A stretch of 64,000 bases of DNA from Rhodocyclaceae bacterium (GTDB lineage Bacteria; Pseudomonadota; Gammaproteobacteria; Burkholderiales; Rhodocyclaceae), in the NCBI GenBank assembly GCA_028714035.1, contig JAQTNA010000017.1, positions 6,750-70,749 of the forward strand, read 5' to 3'. A program made the position numbers and the translations under genes. This document shows positions 38,363-48,427 of the stretch, in pieces; positions within the stretch are counted from its first letter, which is position 1; each line of letters opens with the position of its first letter. The notes under the pieces are model-generated. The model was not told the DNA's origin. It was given only the letters and a program-made list of their open reading frames with translations, and ran no database searches.

Positions 38363-38637
38363 TTCCCGCCGCGCCATGGCGATTGAAGGCGGTCAGTGCG
38401 CAGCCAGGATGGCGGCTGGCGGTCACTTTTAACGATGGCCTGACGGGGATCGTTGATCTTGCCGGCTTGGTCAACGGAACCGACGCGGGAGTGTTCGAGC
38501 CCCTGCGCGACCCGGACTTTTTTTCTCATGTTTTCCTCGATTACGGGGCGGCGGCGTGGCCAAACGGCGCCGACTTGGCGCCCGACGCCATGCACGAGGA
38601 AATCCGCCGCCACGGCATTTGGCTTGTTACGGAGTAA
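38359..38637 (+). CDS. DUF2442 domain-containing protein
   Basis: Track ORF 38317..38637. GTG 38359 overlaps the upstream stop (GTGA). PWRLKAVSAQPGWRLAVTFNDGLTGIVDL...AAWPNGADLAPDAMHEEI is DUF2442-like. Confidence 0.8.
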   Translation: MIPAAPWRLKAVSAQPGWRLAVTFNDGLTGIVDLAGLVNGTDAGVFEPLRDPDFFSHVFLDYGAAAWPNGADLAPDAMHEEIRRHGIWLVTE

Positions 38638-38668
38638 TTCAGATTTCCAATCTAACGGAGAACCGGCA

Positions 38669-38893
38669 ATGACTTCGAAGCGCATCGTCATCGTCGCCGG
38701 CCCCAACGGAACTGGGAAGACCACCTTCGCCCGTGGAACCCATCTGCCGCCAAGTATGGCCCCAGTTGTCTCCGGCAAATGCTGCACGAGCGGCACCAGC
38801 CGGCCCGCTCGGTGCCGATGGAGGTATTCGCATTCTAGGGCAATCAGGCCCCGATTTATCAGCCTAACGGTACGTCCCAGGGCGATCGCATGA
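38669..38893 (+). pseudogene. decayed zeta-toxin/AAA-type ATPase gene (only the N-terminal P-loop segment is recognisable)
   Basis: MTSKRIVIVAGPNGTGKTTFAR is the N-terminus of the zeta-toxin-like P-loop kinase family. After about 22 codons the frame becomes basic, low-complexity sequence, consistent with a deletion or frameshift. Confidence 0.55.
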
Positions 38894-38920
38894 ATGCTAC
38901 GGTAATACATGGACGGTGTT

Positions 38921-39039
38921 CTCCCTCCCCTTCGAGGGGAGGGATGGGGCGGGGATGGGGTAAGAATGTGCCTGGAACGGCCTGGTTTCTGCCTTTCCAT
39001 ACCCCATCCCCCTCCTCACCTCCCCCTTGGAGGGGGAGG
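38921..39039. repeat. composite palindromic element (CTCCCCTTNNAGGGGAGG family), copy 2
   Basis: CTCCCTCCCCTTCGAGGGGAGGG ... GGGGATGGGGTA / ACCCCATCCCCCTCC ... CCTCCCCCTTGGAGGGGGAGG. It has the same three-part architecture as 22695-22799 with a different central segment. Confidence 0.75.
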
Positions 39040-39067
39040 AAGCGATGCATACGACATTCATGCGATT

Positions 39068-39103
39068 GCGCTGCGGTACGTCTCGGCGTCTCGGCGTTTC
39101 AAA
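39068..39103. repeat. MITE-family terminal repeat at the right border of the dnd island
   Basis: The last 22 nt, CTCGGCGTCTCGGCGTTTCAAA, match the copy-3 right terminus CTCTGCGTCTCTGCGGTTCAAA at 19 of 22 positions (hand alignment). It is in inverted orientation relative to 32456-32487. Confidence 0.55.
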
Positions 39104-39117
39104 GTGACTCTCGATAA

Positions 39118-39981
39118 TCAGTGTAGCGTCGGTTTCGGCGCGTCGAACAGACGGGCGAGCATCCCGGCGTCGAAACGGTAGGTCTGGTTGCAGATGTCGT
39201 CCTTCACTTCCAGCACGCCCTCCTCGCCGATCATCGTCTCCACCTCCTCGCGGCCGAGGGAGCGCAGCATGGCGGCCACTTTGTCCTCGTCCCTCGGGCA
39301 TTCGTAGGCCACCACCCGGGGTTCGAACAGGCGCACGGTTTCCTCGGGGAAGAGGCGGGGCAGCAATTCGGCCGCGGACAGGCCGAGCAATTCCTCGGGT
39401 TTGACGGTGGCGGCCAGGTGCAAGAGCCGGTTCCAGCCGTCGGCGTCCTTTTCCGCCGCGCCCGGCAAGGCCTGGAGGAAGAGGCCCGCCGTGCCCTGAT
39501 CGTCGCAGGCCAGCCAGAGGCCGGTCGGCTGCTGTTCGGACTGGGCCAGGTAATGCTCGAAAATGGCGGCCACCGTGTCGCCGGCGAGCGGCACCACGCT
39601 CTGGTAAGGCTCCCTCGCGGCCTCCGTGTGCAGGCTCAGGACCAGTCGGCCGTCGCCCACGAGCGCCGGCAGGGGGGCTTCCTTCAGGTCTGCCTCCGCC
39701 TTGGCCATGCCGCGCAGGCGCAGGCGTTCGTTGCAATCCACCACCAGGAGCGACAGGGGACCGTGGCCGCGCACGTGGAAGCTGAGGCGCCCCGGTTGCT
39801 TGAGGTTGGCCGCGATGAGTGTCGCCACCGCCGTGGTTTGGCCCAGGAGGCGCGCCACCGCCGGCGCGTAGCCGCGGCCCTCGGTCATGGAGCGCCAGGC
39901 CGAACCCAGATGCACATAAGCGCCGCGGATATCCAGATCCTCGAACAGAAAGCCCTGAACGGTGTTGTTGATGTGGCTCAT
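39118..39981 (-). CDS. hslO: Hsp33 family molecular chaperone HslO
   Basis: 287 aa. N-terminus VQGFLFEDLDIRGAYVHLGSAW and overall Hsp33 organisation. The C-terminal domain retains only 2 of the 4 canonical zinc cysteines (see findings). Confidence 0.88.
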   Translation of the reverse strand: MSHINNTVQGFLFEDLDIRGAYVHLGSAWRSMTEGRGYAPAVARLLGQTTAVATLIAANLKQPGRLSFHVRGHGPLSLLVVDCNERLRLRGMAKAEADLKEAPLPALVGDGRLVLSLHTEAAREPYQSVVPLAGDTVAAIFEHYLAQSEQQPTGLWLACDDQGTAGLFLQALPGAAEKDADGWNRLLHLAATVKPEELLGLSAAELLPRLFPEETVRLFEPRVVAYECPRDEDKVAAMLRSLGREEVETMIGEEGVLEVKDDICNQTYRFDAGMLARLFDAPKPTLH

Positions 39982-40325
39982 CGCGCTTCCTCCCCTGCCC
40001 AGGCCTCGGGATCGAAGCCCACCAGAACATTGCCCTCGGTCTCCAGCACCGGGCGCTTGATGAGGCTGGGGTGTGCGGCCATGAGATCCAGGGCTTTTTC
40101 CCGGTCAGGTTCCGCCTGTTCCTCGGGACTGAGCTTGCGCCAGGTCGTGCCCCGGGTGTTCATCAGGGCCTGCCAGCCCACCTGGTCCGCCCAGGCGCCG
40201 AGGCGCTCGCGGGAGATGCCCAGCTTCTTGTAGTCGTGGAATTCGTAAGCGATGCCCTGGCCATCCAGCCAGGCGAACGCCTTCTTCATGGTGCTACAGT
40301 TCTTGATGCCGTAGAGGGTAGTCAT
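39978..40325 (-). CDS. ArsC/Spx-family reductase-like protein (YffB type)
   Basis: Track ORF 39978..40352 is trimmed to ATG 40325. MTTLYGIKNCSTMKKAFAWLDGQGIAYEFHDYKK...NTRGTTWRKL is the YffB pattern. It overlaps the hslO start by 4 nt. Confidence 0.88.
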   Translation of the reverse strand: MTTLYGIKNCSTMKKAFAWLDGQGIAYEFHDYKKLGISRERLGAWADQVGWQALMNTRGTTWRKLSPEEQAEPDREKALDLMAAHPSLIKRPVLETEGNVLVGFDPEAWAGEEAR

Positions 40326-40448
40326 GCCGATCCGTCCTGTGTCGGGTACCAATTTTACCCGAAGCGCCGGAATCTCCGGTCTTGCCCCTCAAGAAGCGTG
40401 CAGGAATGCCGTTTCTGTTTCTATCGAGTGACGGGAAACTGAAGCGCC

Positions 40449-41285
40449 ATGCTGAGCGAGTATCAAAGGCACTGGGGAGTCGAGCAATGGACGGCCTATC
40501 TCAAGGCCCAGGACATGCCCATCATGCCGCGCTCGCGTTATCTCCTTCAGGCGGTGGTGGCGACCCAGGCGGAAACGATTTCGCCCCGGGACTTGGTGGG
40601 CATCGTGACGGGCGACCCCTTCCTTGCCCTGCGCCTCCTGATCCGGGCGGAATTGCGGCATTCCCGCACCCTGGGGCACGACATCACCACGCCCCTGGCG
40701 TCCATCCTCCAAACGGGGTTGGACGATCTGACGCACATCATCAATCACAGCCCCTTGTGCGATGACAGCCTTCCCGGCCTGGCGGACGCGGAGTTCCGGT
40801 CCGCCACCGCGTCCTTCCTGGGCCGGCGCTGGGCGGCCTGCCGCGCCGATCTGTCCCCGGACGAGGTGGCCCTGGCGGCCCTCCTGGCCGATATCGGCGA
40901 GGTGATGCTGTGGCATTTCGCGCCGGAGATTCCCATGAAGGTGGCGGAAGAAATCCACTCCGGGCGGGCTCAGCGCACCATCCAGGCCCAGCAGCAGGCG
41001 GCGGGGTTTTCCTTCAAGAGCCTGTCCCTGTCCCTGGCGGACGCCTGGTCCCTGCCGCCCCTCCTGACCCAGTTGATTCGCGGTGCGGACACGGTGCGCG
41101 CCAACATCGCCCGCATCGCCACCGATACGGCGCGCCATTTGCAGTCAGACATGGATAATCCGGCCATCCCCTCCGATATCCTGAGCCTGCACGCCTTTCT
41201 GCCTGGTGCCAGTTTCGAGGCCCTGCTGGAACCCCTGCCCATCTCGGACGAGTATCGGGAGGCGGTGCTGAAGGCCCTGGAGTAG
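40449..41285 (+). CDS. HDOD domain-containing signalling protein
   Basis: 278 aa. The layout resembles HDOD (ISPRDLVGIVTGDPFLALRLL...; LLADIGEVMLWHF). It lies upstream of a hybrid sensor kinase. Confidence 0.75.
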   Translation: MLSEYQRHWGVEQWTAYLKAQDMPIMPRSRYLLQAVVATQAETISPRDLVGIVTGDPFLALRLLIRAELRHSRTLGHDITTPLASILQTGLDDLTHIINHSPLCDDSLPGLADAEFRSATASFLGRRWAACRADLSPDEVALAALLADIGEVMLWHFAPEIPMKVAEEIHSGRAQRTIQAQQQAAGFSFKSLSLSLADAWSLPPLLTQLIRGADTVRANIARIATDTARHLQSDMDNPAIPSDILSLHAFLPGASFEALLEPLPISDEYREAVLKALE

Positions 41286-41585
41286 TCGCATCCTGCCGGC
41301 CCACTCCCGGGGCGCGGCCGAACCGGATCGGCGGCACGGCGGGTTATTGATACTTAAGTTATACTGGACCGTGGATTTTTCCGTTTCGTTGAGGGAAAAC
41401 GGTTGCCGTGGGTGTCCTTGGGTTTTTGGGCGGAATATGCGTTTCGGGATCGTCCGTCTGTGGGCGTGGAACGGCCCGGGGCTCCGCCGGCGCGCCGGCA
41501 TGGCCTTCAGGCTCCGGACTACATGTAGCCCCGGATTGGTTGTCGCGTCTGTCTGATCCCGGCCTCACGGGCCGGACTCCAGAGC

Positions 41586-43982
41586 ATGGGCATGCAGAAC
41601 TACCTTGATCGTTTTGCCGACTGGCTGCTGAGATACAATTTCTGGCACTACCTGTGGGTGCCGGTGCTGGTTGCGGTCGCCCTGACGGAGGCCATCGTCA
41701 GCGGCATGAATCTGTGGCTGCTCGGACGCGTTGATCCGGGCTACCTTCTGGTCGGCCTGGTCTGCGGCGTCCTGGTCTCCCTGCTGATATCCGCCTCGCT
41801 GATTCTGCTCTCGGAGCGAACCCGGCTCAGCGCCGACACGGTGCGGCGTCAGAAGGACAACCTGAGGCGCCTGAACGAGGTCGCCGCCCTCTCCCATCTG
41901 CCCATGGCCGAACAACTTCAGCAGGCGCTTGAGGTCGGTTGCAGGCATTTCGGGCTGGAGTTCGGCATCGTCAGCCGCATCGAGGGCGACACCTACCATG
42001 TCGTCTCCCAGGTTTCCCCGCCGGGTATGTTGCGCGACGGGCAGGAGTTTCCTTTCGGCGCCACCTACTGCCAGATCACGGTGGACAGCGGCACCGTGGT
42101 GGCCATTTCGCGCATGGGCGAGTCGCCCTGGATGCACCATCCCTGTTATCGGGAATTCAGGCTGGAGGCCTATATCGGCGTGTCGTTCACCGTGGATCGA
42201 GCCCTGTTCGGAACGGTCAATTTCAGTTCGCCCCATCCCTATCCGCGGGAATTCGATGAGGGCGACAGGGAATTCGTGGCCTTGCTCGGACGCTGGGTGG
42301 GTTCCGTGATCGAGCGTGACCGGGCGCAGCAGAGGCTGGCCGCCAGCGAGCGCCAGTTGCAGGCCATCGTCGAGACGGAGCCCGAGTGCGTCAAGGTACT
42401 CGCGCCGGACGGCACGCTGCTCCAGATGAATCGCGCCGGCCTGGACATGATAGAGGCGGACTCCATCCAGGATGCCAGGGGCAGGAGTGTTCTCGGCATC
42501 GTCGCGCCAGCCTACCGCGCAGCCTTCATCGCCCTGAACAGGCGGGTCAACCAGGGCGAGTCCGGCATTCTCGAATTCGAGATCATCGGGCTCAAGGGCG
42601 GCCACCGCTGGCTGGAGACCCATGCCGTGCCGATGCGCGATGGCGACGGCCGCATTACCGGCCTCCTGGGCGTGACCCGGGACATCACGCAGAGGAAGGA
42701 TGCCGCGGCCGAACTGGCGGCGCACCACCTCCATCTGGAAAATCTGGTCGAACAACGCACCGCCGACCTGCAGGAGGCGAACCGCAAGCTGCTCGAAACC
42801 CAGTCCGACATGATCAAGGCCAAGGAGGCGGCCGAGGCGGCCAACGTGGCCAAGAGCGCCTTCCTCGCCAACATGTCTCACGAGATTCGGACTCCGCTCA
42901 ATGCCATAACCGGCATGGCGCACCTGGTGCGGCGCTCGGGTGTCACGCCCCAGCAGGCCGAGCGGCTGGACAAGATTGATACCGCCGGGCACCACCTGCT
43001 GGAGATCATCAATGCCATCCTGGATCTTTCCAAGATCGAGGCGGGAAAGTTCGCCCTCGAAGAAGGTGATGTCAACGTGGGAGTGGTCGCCGCCAATGTG
43101 GCTTCCATGCTCATGGAGCGGGCGCAGGCCAAGAATCTGAAGCTGGTGATAGAGCCCGGGCTGGTGCCTCATCACCTCCTGGGTGATCCTGCCCGGCTCC
43201 AGCAGGCCTTGCTGAACTATGCCGGGAACGCGGTTAAATTCACCGAAGCCGGCACCATTACCCTGCGTGCCCGGCCGATGGAGGAATCGCCCGAGCATGC
43301 CCTGGTGCGCTTCGAGGTGCAAGATACGGGCATCGGTATCGCCCCGGATCAGGTCGCCAAACTGTTCTCGGCGTTCGAGCAGGCCGACAACTCGACCAGC
43401 CGCAAGTACGGAGGCACCGGTCTGGGGCTGGCCATTACCCGGAAACTGGCCCAGTTGATGGGCGGCGACGCGGGGGTCGTGTCGACCCCCGGAATCGGCA
43501 GCACTTTCTGGTTTTCGGCGCGGCTGCGGAAGGGGGTGCCCTCTGCCCATTCCTCCTCGTCCCGCTCCGTGGCCACCGCCGAAGCAGAACTGGCGCGAAG
43601 CCACTACGGCAAGCTGATATTGCTGGCCGAGGACGAGCCGATCAACCGCGAGGTCGCCCTGGGCCTACTGGAGGATGCCGGGCTGGTGATCGAAGTCGCG
43701 GAAGACGGCGTCGAGGCGGTGGAGCTGGCCACCCGGAATGCCTACGACCTGATACTGATGGACATGCAGATGCCCCGGATGGACGGCCTGGAGGCGACGC
43801 GCCGCATACGCCTGTTGCCCGGCGGCGCCGACGTGCCCATCCTGGCCATGACGGCGAATGCGTTTTTGGAGGACAAGGCCCGCTGCCTGGCCGCCGGCAT
43901 GAACGACTTTATCGGGAAGCCCGTCGAGCCCGAGGTTCTCTACGCGACCTTGCTGAAGTGGCTATCGAGGCCTGGTCGGTGA
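41586..43982 (+). CDS. hybrid sensor histidine kinase/response regulator (TM-GAF-PAS-HisKA-HATPase-REC)
   Basis: 798 aa. N-terminal TM helices. H-box [18 protein letters not shown] boxes [12 protein letters not shown] and [19 protein letters not shown], and a receiver domain [13 protein letters not shown]...[14 protein letters not shown]. Confidence 0.92.
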   Translation: MGMQNYLDRFADWLLRYNFWHYLWVPVLVAVALTEAIVSGMNLWLLGRVDPGYLLVGLVCGVLVSLLISASLILLSERTRLSADTVRRQKDNLRRLNEVAALSHLPMAEQLQQALEVGCRHFGLEFGIVSRIEGDTYHVVSQVSPPGMLRDGQEFPFGATYCQITVDSGTVVAISRMGESPWMHHPCYREFRLEAYIGVSFTVDRALFGTVNFSSPHPYPREFDEGDREFVALLGRWVGSVIERDRAQQRLAASERQLQAIVETEPECVKVLAPDGTLLQMNRAGLDMIEADSIQDARGRSVLGIVAPAYRAAFIALNRRVNQGESGILEFEIIGLKGGHRWLETHAVPMRDGDGRITGLLGVTRDITQRKDAAAELAAHHLHLENLVEQRTADLQEANRKLLETQSDMIKAKEAAEAANVAKSAFLANMSHEIRTPLNAITGMAHLVRRSGVTPQQAERLDKIDTAGHHLLEIINAILDLSKIEAGKFALEEGDVNVGVVAANVASMLMERAQAKNLKLVIEPGLVPHHLLGDPARLQQALLNYAGNAVKFTEAGTITLRARPMEESPEHALVRFEVQDTGIGIAPDQVAKLFSAFEQADNSTSRKYGGTGLGLAITRKLAQLMGGDAGVVSTPGIGSTFWFSARLRKGVPSAHSSSSRSVATAEAELARSHYGKLILLAEDEPINREVALGLLEDAGLVIEVAEDGVEAVELATRNAYDLILMDMQMPRMDGLEATRRIRLLPGGADVPILAMTANAFLEDKARCLAAGMNDFIGKPVEPEVLYATLLKWLSRPGR

Positions 43983-43984
43983 AC

Positions 43985-44022
43985 CCTGGATGTGCCGGCC
44001 TCGGGATGCCGGTACATCCAGG
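43985..44022. terminator. hairpin between convergent genes (possible bidirectional terminator)
   Basis: CCTGGATGTGCCGGC (43985-43999) pairs with GCCGGTACATCCAGG (44008-44022) with one mismatch. It lies between the kinase stop (43982) and the icmF stop (44034). There is no clear U-tract. Confidence 0.4.
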
Positions 44023-44033
44023 ATGCTTCGGGT

Positions 44034-47000
44034 TTACATGCTCCTTCGATACTGCCCGCCCACTTCGTAGAGCGCGCTGCTGATCTGGCCGAGGGAACAG
44101 TGGCGCACGGCGTCCACCATCACGGCGAAGACGTTGCCATTCTCGATCACGGACTGTTTCAGCCGGGCGATCCAGACCGGTGCTTCCCGGGCGTTCCGTT
44201 CGTGGAAGGCCGCGAGGCGCCCCAGCTGGGATTGTTTCTCCTCCTCGGTGGAGCGGGCCAGTTCGATCTCGGTGGCCATGCCCGAACCGCGGGGATTGAG
44301 GAAGGTGTTCACGCCGACGATGGGGTAGGAGCCATCGTGCTTCTTTTCCTCGTAATAGAGGGATTCCTCCTGGATCTTGCCCCGTTGGTAGCCGGTCTCC
44401 ATGGCGCCCAGCACGCCGCCGCGGCTGGCGATGGCCTCGAACTCCTTCAGCACCGCTTCTTCCACCAGGTCGGTCAGTTCTTCCAGGATGAAGGCGCCCT
44501 GGTTGGGGTTCTCGTTCTTGGCCCCCCCCCATTCCCGGTTGATGATGAGCTGGATGGCCATGGCCCGGCGTACGGACTCCTCGGTCGGGGTGGTGATGGC
44601 CTCGTCGTAGGCGTTGGTATGCAGGGAATTGCAGTTGTCGTAGATGGCGATCAGCGCCTGCAGGGTCGTCCGAATATCGTTGAAGTCAATTTCCTGAGCG
44701 TGCAGGGAGCGGCCGGAAGTCTGGATGTGGTACTTGAGCTTCTGGCTGCGCTCGTTGGCGCCGTACTTGTTCTTCATGGCCACGGCCCAGATGCGCCGCG
44801 CCACCCGGCCGATGACCGCGTACTCCGGGTCCATGCCGTTGCTGAAGAAGAAGGACAGGTTGGGCGCGAAGTCGTCAATCTGCATGCCCCGGGCCAGGTA
44901 GCTCTCCACGTAGGTGAAGCCGTTGGCCAGGGTGAAGGCCAGTTGCGAGATGGGGTTCGCGCCGGCCTCCGCGATGTGATAGCCGGAAATCGAGACCGAA
45001 TAGAAATTCTGCACCCGATGGTGCACGAAGTATTCCTGGATGTCGCCCATCATCTTCAGGGCGAACTCGGTGGAGAAGATGCAGGTGTTCTGGCCCTGGT
45101 CCTCCTTCAGGATGTCCGCCTGCACCGTGCCGCGCACGTTCGACAGCACCCAGGCGCGGATCTTCTGCGCCTCGTCGTCCGTGGGCTCCCGGCCGTTGTC
45201 CGCCTTGAACTTGGTGAGTTGCTGGTCCAGGGCGCAGTTGAAGAACATGGCCAGGATCATGGGTGCCGGGCCGTTGATGGTCATGGAAACCGAGGTGGTC
45301 GGGCTGCATAGATCGAAGCCGTCGTAGAGCACCTTCAGGTCGTCCAGGGTGGCAATCGAAACCCCCGAGTTGCCGATCTTGCCGTAGATGTCCGGGCGCG
45401 GGTCCGGGTCGCAGCCGTAGAGGGTCACGGAATCGAAGGCGGTGGACAGGCGCTTGGCCGGCATGCCCTCGGAGACCTTCCTGAAGCGCCGATTGGTGCG
45501 GAACGCGTCGCCTTCTCCGGCGAACATGCGGGTAGGATCCTCGTTCTCCCGTTTGAAGGCGAACACGCCGGCGGTGTAGGGGAAGGAGCCGGGCACGTTC
45601 TCCTTCATCAGGAAACGCAGCACCTCGCCGTCATCCTCATAGCCGGGCAGCGCCACCTTGCGGATGCGGGTGCCCGAGAGGCTCTCGCTCACCAGCCTGG
45701 TGTGAATTTCCCTGTCCCGAATCTTCACCGTGTATTCGTCGCCGGCATAGATGCGCACCATGTCCGGCCACTGGGCCAGGAGTTTCCTTGCGTCTGCCGT
45801 GAGGCTGTCGTCCTTCCAGGCCCGAAGCCGGGCGAACTCATCGTCCAGTTCCGGGGAGAGCTTGTCGCAACCCTGGAAGATGTTTCGGGCCGTGGCCAGG
45901 GACTGGCGCTCCCGGGCCAGGGTGGCCTGGGAGCGGATGTGTTCGTGGTAGTCGCGCAGGGTTTCCGCGATCTCCGCCAGGTAGCGGCTGCGTTCCGGCG
46001 GTACCACGGCGCGCCGGGGCAGGGGTTGGCGGGTCGCCACCAGGGGCAGTTTGCCTGGCTGAAGCGCAAGGCCCTTGTCCGCCAGGACGGGGGCGATGGC
46101 CTGGTACAGGGCCGTCACGCCCTCGTCGTTGAAGCGGGAGGCCATGGTGCCGAACACGGGCATGTCCTCGGTCTTGTCTCCGAAGCGCTCCCGGTTCCTT
46201 TGATATTGCTTCCTTACGTCGCGCAGGGCGTCTTCCGAACCCTTGCGGTCGAACTTGTTGATCGCCACGAAATCGGCGAAATCCAGCATGTCTATCTTTT
46301 CCAGCTGGCTTGCCGCGCCGAACTCCGGAGTCATGACGTAGAGCGAGCTGTCCACCAGGGGCACGATGGCTGCGTCGCCCTGTCCGATGCCCGAAGTTTC
46401 CACCAGGATGAGGTCAAAACCGGCCACTTTGCAGGCGTTGATGGCGTCCGGCAGCGCCCTGGAGATTTCCGATCCGGTATCCCGCGTCGCCAGCGAGCGC
46501 ATGTAGATGTTTGGATGCTGGATGGCATTCATGCGGATGCGGTCGCCCAGGAGCGCCCCGCCGGTACGCTTCCGGGACGGGTCTATGGAGATGATGGCGA
46601 TCTTCAGGGCGTCATCCTGGTCCAGTCGGAAGCGGCGCACCAGTTCATCCGTCAGGGAGGACTTGCCGGCGCCCCCCGTGCCGGTGATGCCCAGGGTGGG
46701 TGTCTTGATTCGGGCGGCGGCCTCGCGCAATGCTTCGGTGGCGGGCCAGTGGCCGGCTTCCAGGGCCGTGATGATGCGGGCGAGGTGCCTCATGCGCGTG
46801 GGCCGATCCTCGGTCCGGAGCGCCGAGACCTCGGCGGAGGCCAGGACGGACAGATCCCGGTCGGCCTTCTTCACCATGTCGTTGATCATGCCCTGGAGGC
46901 CCATGGTCTGGCCGTCCTCCACCGAATAGATGTGGGCGACGCCGTAGGCGTGCAGCTCCGCGATCTCCTCGGGCACGATCACGCCGCCGCCGCCGCCGAA

Positions 47001-47303
47001 TACCTGGATGTCCCCGGCGCCGTTTTCCCGCAGCAGGTCCATCATGTACTTGAAGAACTCGATGTGTCCGCCCTGGTAGGAGGACACGGCGATGCCCTGC
47101 ACGTCTTCCTGGATGGCCGCGGTGACGATCTCCTCCACCGAACGGTTGTGGCCCAGGTGGATCACTTCGGCGCCCGTGCCCTGGAGGATGCGGCGCATGA
47201 TGTTGATCGAGGCGTCGTGGCCATCGAAGAGCGAGGTGGCGGTGACGAAGCGTACCTTGTGCCGGGGCTTCTGGGAGGCGATCTTGTGGCTGGGGTGGCT
47301 CAT
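44034..47303 (-). CDS. icmF: fused isobutyryl-CoA mutase IcmF (B12-binding domain, MeaB-like G-protein, mutase domain)
   Basis: ATG 47303 is preferred over TTG 47318 (GGAGAG RBS). B12 motif [13 protein letters not shown]-domain [12 protein letters not shown], and a C-terminal mutase domain. The total length of about 1090 aa is typical of IcmF. Confidence 0.93.
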   Translation of the reverse strand: MSHPSHKIASQKPRHKVRFVTATSLFDGHDASINIMRRILQGTGAEVIHLGHNRSVEEIVTAAIQEDVQGIAVSSYQGGHIEFFKYMMDLLRENGAGDIQVFGGGGGVIVPEEIAELHAYGVAHIYSVEDGQTMGLQGMINDMVKKADRDLSVLASAEVSALRTEDRPTRMRHLARIITALEAGHWPATEALREAAARIKTPTLGITGTGGAGKSSLTDELVRRFRLDQDDALKIAIISIDPSRKRTGGALLGDRIRMNAIQHPNIYMRSLATRDTGSEISRALPDAINACKVAGFDLILVETSGIGQGDAAIVPLVDSSLYVMTPEFGAASQLEKIDMLDFADFVAINKFDRKGSEDALRDVRKQYQRNRERFGDKTEDMPVFGTMASRFNDEGVTALYQAIAPVLADKGLALQPGKLPLVATRQPLPRRAVVPPERSRYLAEIAETLRDYHEHIRSQATLARERQSLATARNIFQGCDKLSPELDDEFARLRAWKDDSLTADARKLLAQWPDMVRIYAGDEYTVKIRDREIHTRLVSESLSGTRIRKVALPGYEDDGEVLRFLMKENVPGSFPYTAGVFAFKRENEDPTRMFAGEGDAFRTNRRFRKVSEGMPAKRLSTAFDSVTLYGCDPDPRPDIYGKIGNSGVSIATLDDLKVLYDGFDLCSPTTSVSMTINGPAPMILAMFFNCALDQQLTKFKADNGREPTDDEAQKIRAWVLSNVRGTVQADILKEDQGQNTCIFSTEFALKMMGDIQEYFVHHRVQNFYSVSISGYHIAEAGANPISQLAFTLANGFTYVESYLARGMQIDDFAPNLSFFFSNGMDPEYAVIGRVARRIWAVAMKNKYGANERSQKLKYHIQTSGRSLHAQEIDFNDIRTTLQALIAIYDNCNSLHTNAYDEAITTPTEESVRRAMAIQLIINREWGGAKNENPNQGAFILEELTDLVEEAVLKEFEAIASRGGVLGAMETGYQRGKIQEESLYYEEKKHDGSYPIVGVNTFLNPRGSGMATEIELARSTEEEKQSQLGRLAAFHERNAREAPVWIARLKQSVIENGNVFAVMVDAVRHCSLGQISSALYEVGGQYRRSM

Positions 47304-47325
47304 GTTCTCTCCAAGCAAGGGTGGT

Positions 47326-48354
47326 TCAGTCGGCCAGGGCGGGCGGGACTGAACGGAAACGGATGATGCCGTCTGTCTCGGCGCGGGCCATGTGGCCCCG
47401 GTGTTCCAGGTACAGCAGGTGGGCGACGGCCTCGCCGATGGCGAACATCATCTGGTGGGCGTCCAGGATGGGGCGGGGGAACATCACGGGAATCAGTTCG
47501 GCGGCGCTCAAAGGCGTGTCGGCACAGGCGGCCAGCAGTTCGTCGCAGCGCGCCTGGTGGTGGGCCCGCAATTGCGCCACCCGGGCGCGGATGCCGAAGA
47601 AGGGCAGGCCGTGGGAGGGCAGGACCAGGGTGTCGTCCGGCAGGTCCAGGTAGGCCGTTATGGATTCCAGGAAGCGGCCCAGGGGGTCGCCGAAGGGCTT
47701 CGCGGCATAGGCGCTGATGTTGGTGGAAATGCGGGGCAAAAGCATGTCGCCGGAAATCAGGACGCCTTTTCCCGCGCAATAGAGGCTGGCATGCTCGGGT
47801 GCGTGGCCGTGGCCCACCATGACCCGCCAGTCCTGTCCGTCCACGGCGATGCGGTCGCCGTGGATCATGCGATGGTAGTTTCCCGGGATCTCCGGTACGC
47901 CCCGGGCGAAGGCATTGCCCCGCCTCTCCAGTTCATCCAGCGGCTCGCGGCCCAGGCCGTGACCGGCAAAGAATTCCAGCATGGCCGGTACGCCGTAGCC
48001 GGCGATTTGGTGCAGCACCAGTTGCGCCACGGTGTACTCGCCCTGGGTCATCCACAGCGGGGCGCCCGTCTTCTTCTCCAGCCAGGCGGCCAGGCCCAGG
48101 TGGTCGGGGTGAAAGTGGGTGACGATCTGCCGGGTCAGCCGGCGGTTTTCCAGGATGCGGTCCCAGGCCAGCCGGATGGTCTCCCGGGAGATGCCGGTGT
48201 CCACCGCCGTCCAGCCTGCCCCATCCTTCAGGAGCCAGAGGTTGATGTGGTCCAGGGCGAAGGGCAGGGGCATGCGCAGCCAGAGAATGCCGGGCGCCAC
48301 TTCCAGGGGATCGCCGGTTCCAGGGGGGGAGGCGAAGGGGTAGGAGATTTCCAT
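47326..48354 (-). CDS. MBL-fold metallo-hydrolase
   Basis: 342 aa. Metal-binding motif [10 protein letters not shown] (HxHxDH) and downstream HGHAPEH. It lies 22 nt upstream of icmF on the same strand. Confidence 0.88.
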   Translation of the reverse strand: MEISYPFASPPGTGDPLEVAPGILWLRMPLPFALDHINLWLLKDGAGWTAVDTGISRETIRLAWDRILENRRLTRQIVTHFHPDHLGLAAWLEKKTGAPLWMTQGEYTVAQLVLHQIAGYGVPAMLEFFAGHGLGREPLDELERRGNAFARGVPEIPGNYHRMIHGDRIAVDGQDWRVMVGHGHAPEHASLYCAGKGVLISGDMLLPRISTNISAYAAKPFGDPLGRFLESITAYLDLPDDTLVLPSHGLPFFGIRARVAQLRAHHQARCDELLAACADTPLSAAELIPVMFPRPILDAHQMMFAIGEAVAHLLYLEHRGHMARAETDGIIRFRSVPPALAD

Positions 48355-48427
48355 TCGTGTGCGACGCTTTCCTGTTTCGAGGCCTTCACGTTGCCTCGAT
48401 CAATGAATTCTGCTTAACTGCACTGCC

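Noticed and set aside
38897-40030. 377-aa minus-strand ORF overlapping hslO in another frame
   Set aside because: It is extremely Arg/Gly/Pro-rich. It runs through the palindromic repeat element and out of frame over hslO, so it is not credible.
41286-41585. Possible small RNA or promoter in the HDOD-to-kinase spacer (TTGATACTTAAGTTATACT; hairpin CCGTTT-N9-AAACGG)
   Set aside because: The spacing between the -35-like and -10-like hexamers is wrong at 7 nt. No convincing terminator follows, so there is insufficient evidence.
41565-43604. 679-aa minus-strand ORF
   Set aside because: It is antisense to the hybrid histidine kinase gene, which has complete H, N, G and receiver motifs.
45702-47366. 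554-aa plus-strand ORF
   Set aside because: It is antisense to icmF and is a shadow ORF.
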